Shown here: piece after piece, positions 55,456 to 64,000 of the stretch
Numbering within the stretch: position 1 is the stretch's first letter
How the letters are laid out: each line of letters starts with the position of its first letter
Assembly (NCBI GenBank): GCA_951406725.2
Contig: OX597814.1
Location: forward strand, 37,324,001-37,388,000
Reading direction: 5' to 3'
Length of the DNA: 64,000 nucleotides
Origin: Octopus vulgaris
Taxonomy: Eukaryota
Translations under genes and position numbers: made by a program
The notes under the pieces: generated by a model
Database searches by the model: none
Told to the model about the DNA's origin: nothing
The model's input: the letters and a program-made list of their open reading frames with translations, nothing else

Positions 55456-55670
55456 TTCTTTATTGGCCACAAGGGGCTAAATATAGAGGGGGACAAACAA
55501 GGTCAGGCAAAAGGATTAAGTCTATTACATCGACCGCAGTGCGTAACTGGTACTGAATTTATCGACCCCGAAATGATGAAAGGCAAAGTCGACCTCGGCG
55601 GAATTTGAACTCAGAATGTAACGGCAGACGAAATACGGCCACGCATTTCACCCGGCGTGCTAACGTTTCT
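55456..55670 (-). mobile_element. tRNA-derived SINE, same subfamily as 434-645
   Basis: CCACAAGGGGCTAAA...GATGAAAGGCAAAGTCGACCTCGGCGGAATTTGAACTCAG...GTGCTAACGTTTCTG. Confidence 0.9.
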
Positions 55671-56930
55671 GGAATTTGTTACATATTCACTTATTAAACT
55701 CCTACCTACGAATACCAGTGTTTTAGTGGTTATGGTGTCGTGTAAAGCATCATAAAGTCATAAATTAAATATTGAGGCATGCAGACACAGCATCTTAACT
55801 TGGTCCATTGTACTCAAAGTCGATACGTGTTAACAGTTTTGACTTCCTTTCCAGTTGCCATTGGCCTAGTGGGTGTCTACATCTATTCACTAAAATGTGA
55901 CGGAAGCTATCAGGCCAGTTTTATTACTAAAATGTACAACCATTCACTATATATCCATTATAATATGTTAAGAAAAATCAGCAGTTGTTTCTATGTATAA
56001 ATGATCTTTAGAAAGGAATAAAAATGTATAGATATATCATTGCGCAAAACATAATGCTTTAATATGTTTCTCTGATTTTATAAGAGATTTATGTGTCACT
56101 GTGTAGTAATACAAAAATATATTCATTAAAGCAATTGGTATACATTTTTCCAAAAGCATGAAAGCAGTAATTTCTGATACGAGTTAACAGAATTATTTCT
56201 AAGTAAATTAATGATTCTCACCTGGCAAATTGATAAATGCTCTCCTATGCAGATTATTCTCCCTGCTCGATATTGTGACATATGAACAATACGTATACGA
56301 CGTGACATCCTTTTTCGTTTTTTTCTTCTCTCCTCTCCTCTCTAACAATGTTACCTCTGTTGATTTGTGTCTTTATTCTCCACCACTTTTACTCTCCTAC
56401 TATCACAATATGACCCACGAACATTCAAGTATCTGTCCCACGTCCTTTTCTGCCTGACCGTAGACACGTTCAGTCAAGCTTCTCTTGCTTTTTAGCCTCC
56501 TTCTCTACAATCAACATTGTTTGTTTTTGTCACATTTCGTTCTGTCTATTCATGTGTCCACTTTACACTTCCTTTCCTGTAGAATATTTTCTAATCCGTT
56601 GCTTATAAACATGCCTTGTCTGAAAGCCGCATGGCCTTTATTTTCTTTGTATTTTCTATATTTATTTTCCTTGTACATTCATATTTAGTTGTTGTTTTTT
56701 TACATCACTCTCCTCAACGCTCACTCGCTATTCCCAGTAACTTTTAGCTCGTGAGCCATCAAAAGTGGAGAATATGATCGTTAAAGGCGCGAAATTCTAA
56801 TGAGTTTTTTGACGACAACTGACGAGGAAAGAGCACATCTGTATTCCGTGTGGAGATTTTCCGTTCGTTCCATTGGCGTGGTTCTGTTTCATTTAAAAAA
56901 AAACTAGGCACATATGCGTGTGTGCACGTA

Positions 56931-56998
<68 letters not shown>

Positions 56999-58219
56999 AA
57001 ATCATTTATGTATATATTGATAGATGTGCACGGGCATGTCAACAAAGACTATATTTACAAACTTGAATGTATGGAACATATATACATCTCATAACATAGA
57101 TAAATATAGATGCTTGCATACATACAGTTACACGCAGGAAAGCAAAGAGTGCTCCATCAGACAGCGTGATCGAACATTCTCCTGCCCACGGGATATAATA
57201 AATCCTCGTATTTCGAAAACCCTTTAGGAGAATTTTTTCAAACAGCTTACAATAAAACAGCCCCACTCGAGAGTGGTGTTCAACGAAGTGACTAGGTGTG
57301 TAATGTATAGGATGTAGAAGCAAAACGAGTTCGTTTCGTTCCATGCGGTTTCTCATAATTTTGAAACAGCCATGCATCAAACTTAATTTGTTCCACTGTT
57401 TTCAACACGAATTCATTCAATCAGGCAGTTTATTATTAAGAGTTTATTGCGAAGGCATCAGTAAGTCATAAAAGGATATAGAAAACAGAATGAATCGCAC
57501 AGATAGCGAAAATGTAATGCCCTACACTGACATACATAGTGACGGTTTCCTTCTATTTCCGCTGGTTAGTAAAGACACTTCTATAAAAAAAGGGCAAAAA
57601 ATTCTGAAAGAATATGACAATAGAGAATAGTTAACAAAAAGTGAGTAGTGACACATCTTACACAGTTATAAATCGAAAATTGTGTACCAATGGTAATTAG
57701 CTTAATAATAAAGGGAAGCACAATATATCACATATATATTATATATAAATAATGGAACAATACTTCTTTCCTGACCGTATTATGAATATTGAGAAATTAA
57801 GTATTCATTATAGAAATAATTCCCTGTTCAGACGTTATAACATTTCGTTTGAATTCACAATTCATTCACTGAGATAAAATGACATGCAAAAACAAAATAT
57901 TCATATGTTCAGAAATTTAGCATTTGCCAACAGAAAATTCTATTATATAAATAATCATAAATATTTAAAGATATTCAAAGTGAAGCTCCGATTGTACAGA
58001 TGAAATTGACAGTGCAAACGAAGGTAAACTATTTTAACAATTGGAAATTGTTGAGGCAAAGAATGGTTCGGTTCCCTGATGTGATTGTTAATTCAGTAGA
58101 AACATGAAGATTCGTTTGAGAAAGAGAGGAAAACAGGAGCAAGAAGAGATACGCCGCGCGCTTGATTTCCTTCTATTCTGCTACAAGCACCGCCTCGAAT
58201 GTGTTGTATTTATTTGTGA

Positions 58220-58270
<51 letters not shown>

Positions 58271-58278
<8 letters not shown>

Positions 58279-59038
58279 AAAAAAAAACACAAACTGGGAT
58301 AAGAACGCAAAATATTTAAAAGACGATACAAAAAAACGGACGGGGCATTCGAAGCCTTCGATCTTCAGTCAAAAACCTGATAGTCTTCGCAATTTTGGCT
58401 GATTAATTTTGAGGTTGCTCCGACCTGGCCAGCCCCAAAGGAAAATCTAAGCCAAGCGCATTAGATTCCTTGGAAGAAAGCCTCGAATGTATACAAAACA
58501 AGGACGGGAACGAATAAGAATACAAAAATACGTAAAAATAATAATGATAACACGAATAAGAATACGAAAATACGTAAAAACAATAATGATAATAATAATA
58601 ACAAAAACAGGACGTTACAGACAGGTGTCTTTTCGACCAGACGGGTGAACTTGAGCTGGCGCATTGAAAAATTGCCTAAAGGCGAAGAGAGAAATAAAGG
58701 TGTCTGGCCTATACGGCTGTTGATCACGAAAAGGCAGGACAGCAGTCCAAAGTTAGACACGTGAGATAAGAGCGAGACAGGGGAAGAGAGAGAAAAAGGG
58801 AACAAGGAACAAAGGAGGAGGAGGAGGAGGAGAGAGAGAGAGAGAGAAAGAGACGGGTCAAAATGGAGTGCAAAGTGTGAAAGGCAGAGAAATGTAGGAG
58901 AGGGGGGAGAGAGAGAGACAGTGTTGTAGAGTCGTACCATGTATTAGAGAAAAAATGTATTTCACATACAATATCAAAAAGGTGGGTACGGGCGTCACCA
59001 TATAAAGGATAAATGTAAAAAAACACAAACTGGGACAA
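58271..59038. mobile_element. ~770-bp non-coding element with 30-bp terminal direct repeat, inserted in (TA)n
   Basis: TAAATGTAAAAAAA..CACAAACTGGGA.AA at 58271 and 59010; (TA)n on both sides. Confidence 0.5.
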
Positions 59039-59049
59039 TATATATACCG

Positions 59050-60101
59050 TTCCCGTCTACCAAATCCAGTCAGAAGAAATGGACGAAATGAAGAAGCGCT
59101 GCCGGAGGAAGTAGAGGAAATGTTGAAAGAGCGGATGGGAGACGGCATAGCGTTCTTTGTGATAGGAAGAAGATGTGCGTTGTGATGTGCGTTGATAGTA
59201 GTAGCCTTTGTGTCCGAGGAAGAGGCGGAAGAAGGAGAGTGGAATGGTGGAGAAACAACAGGAACAGAAGGCGGAGCCTAACAGTAACATTGCGGAGGTG
59301 AAAGCCAGAAAAAGAGAGGAAAGGAAGTCACCGACGATAGTGGAATTGAAGAAGGACAAAGCAATGGAAGAGGTAACCCAACCTACGACTAGAAACGTGG
59401 AAGTAGGATCACCAGTAATGGTAAACCAGAACAGCAGACACTCAAACACATAGACATGCAAAAGCGCACAAGTAATAACGAATAGAAACAAGACAACCCA
59501 GAATTACGGAAACCTAAACACATAGACACATAGACGAAACACGCAGCATTACAGTCAAATGCACACACAGACACACAAATACACAAACACACAGACACAC
59601 AGATACAATCACACGAAAGTCAAAAACTGCAGAAACATAGAGACAAAAAGCGCCAACTTCCAAAACACAAACAAAAAGAAAATGATAGTGAAATATAGGA
59701 CAACCCAAACTTGAAAGAATTTCAGAATTGGAAGACGGTATGAAAGAGTGAATCCACTGAGGCCGGTGGTAAATATTGAACCTGGCGCCTCGGTGGTGAA
59801 ATATGTTGACGGAAAAAGAAGATAAGTAAATCCTGTATGAACATTTGTTTAAAACGTTTTAAAATTGTAAGGTGAAAACGGAAACGGAAGTCGCGGTTTT
59901 GCCTCGGAGCGGAGCTGGAAGTTATCTAAACTGTAAAGTTTTAAAGGGAATTCACGGTTTCATCTCGGAGCGATAGGAAGATGGCCGATTCATTTCATTG
60001 TAATTTAATTCATTTTACATTCATCCTTTCATGTGTTTATTTCGTTCCCGCATGTTTGTGTATGTCCCCTCTGTGTTAGGCCTTGTGCCTGTAATAAAGA
60101 A
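59050..60101 (+). mobile_element. Possible ORF1-derived, RT-less Tx1-like element
   Basis: Purine-rich coding-like stretch (LPEEV...FFVIGRRC...CPRKRRKKE) ending in TGTCCCCTCTGTGTTAGGCCTTGTGCCTGTAATAAAGAA, similar to the tail at 19910-19952. Confidence 0.4.
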
Positions 60102-60104
60102 TTA

Positions 60105-62870
60105 ATCTTTTGCAGACTCGGATTTGTTGCATCGTAATTTGCTATTACTAAAGTTATGTGAATTCGTTCCGTGTGTTTTTGTCTGGAATACTGATATTTT
60201 TGTGTATTTTGCTTTAAACTGAACTGTTGTCCTTCGTGGAACAGTGATTTTCGCCCTACGGGGCAAAAGTTATTGTGAAAAAAAAATTGCTGAACTGTTT
60301 TCCTTTACCCATTGCTGGGTACTGAATTTATTTCGTCAAATTTTGTCCTTTTTCGCAATTTAAAAAAAGTATATTGCATCAATAAAAAAAAATATTTTCC
60401 CGCAATGGGAATCTGTTAAACACACAACAAATACACAAAGCAAAATTCCCCAGACCAACCCCACGGTGAAACCTTTTAGCTATCCACTCCCCAAAACACA
60501 AGAAACAATTGTTTCCTACGTAGAAAAATACGAGCCTTTTTCTGCAATCGTAAGAACGCACCACAAGGCTGGAGTAACTACAGATACGTCCCCGAATATT
60601 AGATTCACAAAAATGGACGCGGGCCTATATTTGGAGCTGAAGAGAATGTATCCGGTGGATATCAGAGATGTTAGCTCCGAAATTATTAACAAGTCTAGCG
60701 GCTGCACCAATGAAAAGCCCAGTCGCTACGCCATCAAAAGAAAAAGATGGGGAAGCACGCAATTTTGTGCAGCCCCTCTCCAAACTCAAACTGTAAGTTA
60801 CTCCTTTCTTTCCCATTTTTCACTGTGGCGATTAAGTTATAATATATAAATGTACATAGGCTAGGATCGAAATGGAAACAAGCTTGTCTCCTGAACGACC
60901 TCCGGTCAATTGCATCTGAATCCAAGAGGACTGGACCACAATCGTTCTCGCCTCTTCTAAATGGCTATGAGAAATCTATTTCTCCTAGCTGACGAGGAGG
61001 AGGGGGCGTGGTCGTCCTACTCAGGAAGACCTTTGATTTACAGGTAAGTGTAAGTAGAGTTTTTCTGGACCCAGAAGCTAGGGTGGTCATCCTAGATATG
61101 ATCCACGAGAGTAAACAGTCCTTCAGGCTGGTAGCTGTCTATGCTCCTAAGGAGTGTAGGCGGTCTGGTTTTTATCGAGACCCAGAGCACATTCTAGTGA
61201 AGTCAAAAACGGTAGTTCTGTTAGGAGACTTTAATACTATTCTCGATGCACGGGCGGATAGTGTTGGCTCGACTGATAGGAAGAGAAATCCTGGCCTCGA
61301 GGGTACGCTAGAGAGCTATAATCTAATACGCGTTACAGACTGGATGAGCCGAGCGTTCCACAGTGGACGTGGAGTAATAACGACAGCTTACACAACTTAT
61401 TTAAACAGGGTATTCGTTAGAGAAAGCGATAGGAAAACTTTTAGTTGTCTACAATTGTGTATTGTACCTTACTCGGATCACAAATTTGTGATATGTGAGG
61501 TGCATATAGATAAATGTCATAGACAGGGACCAGGGTACTAGAAGATGAACAAGTCTAATTTGACTTGTGAAGCATTCCGTGTCCGAATTAAGGATTTAGT
61601 ACAGAGGTCACAATATGGCGCCATCGTTAATAAGAGAAGGTGGCACACCGTCAAGAGAGCCATTCGTTTTGAGTCTATTAGATTTAGCAATCAGCTAAAT
61701 TTAGATAGATCTAGAATAGAAAGGGAATTAGTTAAGTATTTAGACGAGGCTATGGAATTTGGCTATGCAGCTAGAGTACTGGCTGATAGAACAGTCTTGT
61801 ATCATCGCCTCAAAGCCAAACACGAAGGCTACATAGCTAAGCTAACCACAGTGGGCCGAGAAGGTATTAACGTTACCGGATGGGCCCATCGTGTGGAGTG
61901 TCAGAGGGCTAACAAAAAGTCTCTATAAAGTCTTTAACTGACGAATAGGTGCGCAAGATCTATGGACAGGAAAAGATGCAAAAGGCCATTCACCAGCATT
62001 TCGCCAGGTTGTTTTGGGTAGAGCAACGCGCTCGAGCGTGGGGAGTCCCTTAAACACTTCCTCGCCGGTGGGCCGCGACTCTCGGTACGTGAGTCGGAAT
62101 GCTGTGAATAACCGATTATACCTATGGAGATCAAAGAGTTGTTGGCCAGTTGTGACGGGGCAAGTCACCGGGGATGGATGGTATACCCTATGAGTTTTAT
62201 CGTAGCATGCCGGACTTGTTCGGGGTCCTGCTGGCAGGCGTCGACACAAACTGGCATCAGAATGAATCGGGAAGTGGTGACGCTGATCCAGAAGTATCCG
62301 AGCAAGTAGGACAGTATAAGTAATTACAGGCTCATAACTCTACTCAATGTAGAGTTAAAGGTTTTGGCCCAGTTGTTTGCAAAATGGTTGACGCTTGTAG
62401 GGAAGGCGCAGATATGCGCCATTCCAGGCAGGTCGATCCAGGCGTCTTCACCTTATACGCTACACCTTTGACAGGTTGGATAAATTAACCGGCAAAAGTG
62501 GGGCACTGGTCGATTTAGACCAAAGTAAAGCATTTGATAGGGTAGAGCACCAGTTCCTAGTAGCGGTCCTCGAAGCGGCTGGGCGGGCCCCAGATTTCCG
62601 CAGGTGGATCTCCGCAATGTATAGCGGCATCAAATCCACAGTTCCAGGAAACTGACACCTGTCGGAGCCGTTTTCGATCAAGCGCTAAGTTCGTCAAGGT
62701 GTACCCTGTCTCCACCTCTGTACATATTGGCTCTTGAGCCATTACTGCGGAGGCTGAAGAATTTGGGGTGCACCCCTAATGAAATCAGATGCGGTTACTC
62801 CATCACTGCTTATGCAGATGATGTCACCATCATCGTGAACATGAGGCGGAGGCATGGGGAAAATTTGACA
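60105..62870 (+). mobile_element. L1/Tx1-clade LINE (5' UTR, ORF1 remnant, APE endonuclease, RT), degraded and 3'-truncated
   Basis: FRLVAVYAP, VLLGDFNTILD, YSDHKFV, GPGY*KMN (APE); NYRLITLLNVELKVLA, LDQSKAFDRVEHQFL, LALEPLLRRL, AYADDVTIIV (RT). The ORF1 and 5' UTR assignment is less certain. Confidence 0.9.
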
Positions 62871-62883
62871 AGAACAAGTAAAA

Positions 62884-63200
62884 CTTCGGCATTTTTCGCA
62901 TTAGCCGTTGTGGCATTAATTTGACGAAAAGTGCCGAAATTTGACGAAAAATATTTCATTGGTATAAGCAGACAGCTTATACACAGTAATCGATATAGCA
63001 TTTGCTAATTCTTCATTTCAATGTGAATTGTTTTGATTTGCTAAACCATATTATTTCAATTCGTTGTTTTAATTCCCCAGTGTTTCACATTTTGATTAGT
63101 TAAGAGCATTTTATTTCTCAAGAAAAATTTAGGTATTTTGCGCATTAGCCGTCGTGACATCACTTTTATGAAATCTGCCCCAAAGCGTAAAATTTCGCCA
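62884..63200. repeat. Diverged direct repeat at the Tx1 truncation point
   Basis: GG.ATTTT.CGCATTAGCCGT.GTG.CAT at about 62889 and 63132, plus TTTGACGAAAA repeats. Confidence 0.55.
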
Positions 63201-64000
63201 TTTTATGCACATGCACAAAAATGACGACGACACGGGTTCACTACAAGATTCTGCTCATTTTTTCGTCAAATTGGTCCTACTCATTATAGATTTTAAACTT
63301 TTGAAAAATGACAAAAAATGCTTCATGGCTATAAACAGACATCTTATTAGCGGTACTGTATTACCAGGTACCTCATCTAGTGTATATATATAAACAGTTT
63401 CATAAAAGATAAACTAGTATTATGCAAACCAGCAGTTCTTCAACAAGGCCAAATTTGATATGGCAGAAAACAATCCTGCAGTGACCAACCTCAATTTTCT
63501 GGCGGAATAATGTACAGCAGACTACAATAGTCTCATGTTTACTATGTATTAAGAGATTTTCCTTGTATGTAGGCGCCCAAATAAAAGATCGCCCATTATT
63601 TCGTGTATATAACTTTCGGTAAAATTCCTTTTCAGGTGAGGAAAGCGTTTTAAATTAAAAGTGATCAACATTAATTTTCCCTATAATTATGAGATTAGGA
63701 TTGTAAAGTTTGCCACTTTTGCAGAGAAATTTATTTTTATTTGCTACTTCATATTGAGTCGACTTTGTTATTTGAACATACGAATCATGATGTCGAGTTG
63801 ATAAATCTTTCCTAAGAAATGCAGAAACTATCTTTTATCTTGAAAACAAGCAGATCTCCATTCGCCATGTTGAACAACTGAACTCAACACCTTTTATTCC
63901 TTTTCTCTGTATTTATTTACTCTTGTTCCTTTCTGTCGGAAAGTGTAGACTCGAGATTTAAAATACTTTTCACGAGCATCACGCTAATACACTCGCTTGT

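Noticed and set aside
56818-56850. Hammerhead starting at CTGACGAG
   Set aside because: No matching stem II, GAAA and cleavage triplet found downstream.
58340-58372. Hammerhead on the minus strand (CTGAAGA...CGAATG)
   Set aside because: GAAA core absent and stems I and III are not convincing.
58461-59491. Minus-strand hydrophobic ORFs of 144-159 aa
   Set aside because: Antisense shadows of purine-rich repeat sequence.

Overview
AT-rich eukaryotic DNA packed with microsatellites ((TA)n, (AAT)n, (ACT)n, (GAA)n, (CATA)n). The SINE and LINE families look like those of an octopus (coleoid cephalopod); this assignment is inferred from recalled repeat families. No intact protein-coding gene is evident, and almost all ORFs in the supplied track are microsatellite artefacts. 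Most of the window is transposon debris: tRNA-derived SINEs, R4/Dong-type LINE pieces next to microsatellites, RTE LINEs, L1/Tx1 LINEs, a Helitron helicase fragment and Penelope-like element (PLE) termini. Four things stand out. (1) A chain of short minus-strand exons (about 4.1-21 kb) whose translations follow the domain order of a polycystin-1-like protein, but with stops and frameshifts. (2) A PLE terminus with five ATTGG-N12-TGACGTC modules, then a TATA box, a Kozak ATG and a splice donor. (3) Several hammerhead-like motifs and one HDV-like ribozyme candidate inside retroelements. (4) Recurrent inverted duplications anchored at (TA)n tracts. All family assignments come from manual translation and motif recognition, not database searches, and element boundaries are approximate.
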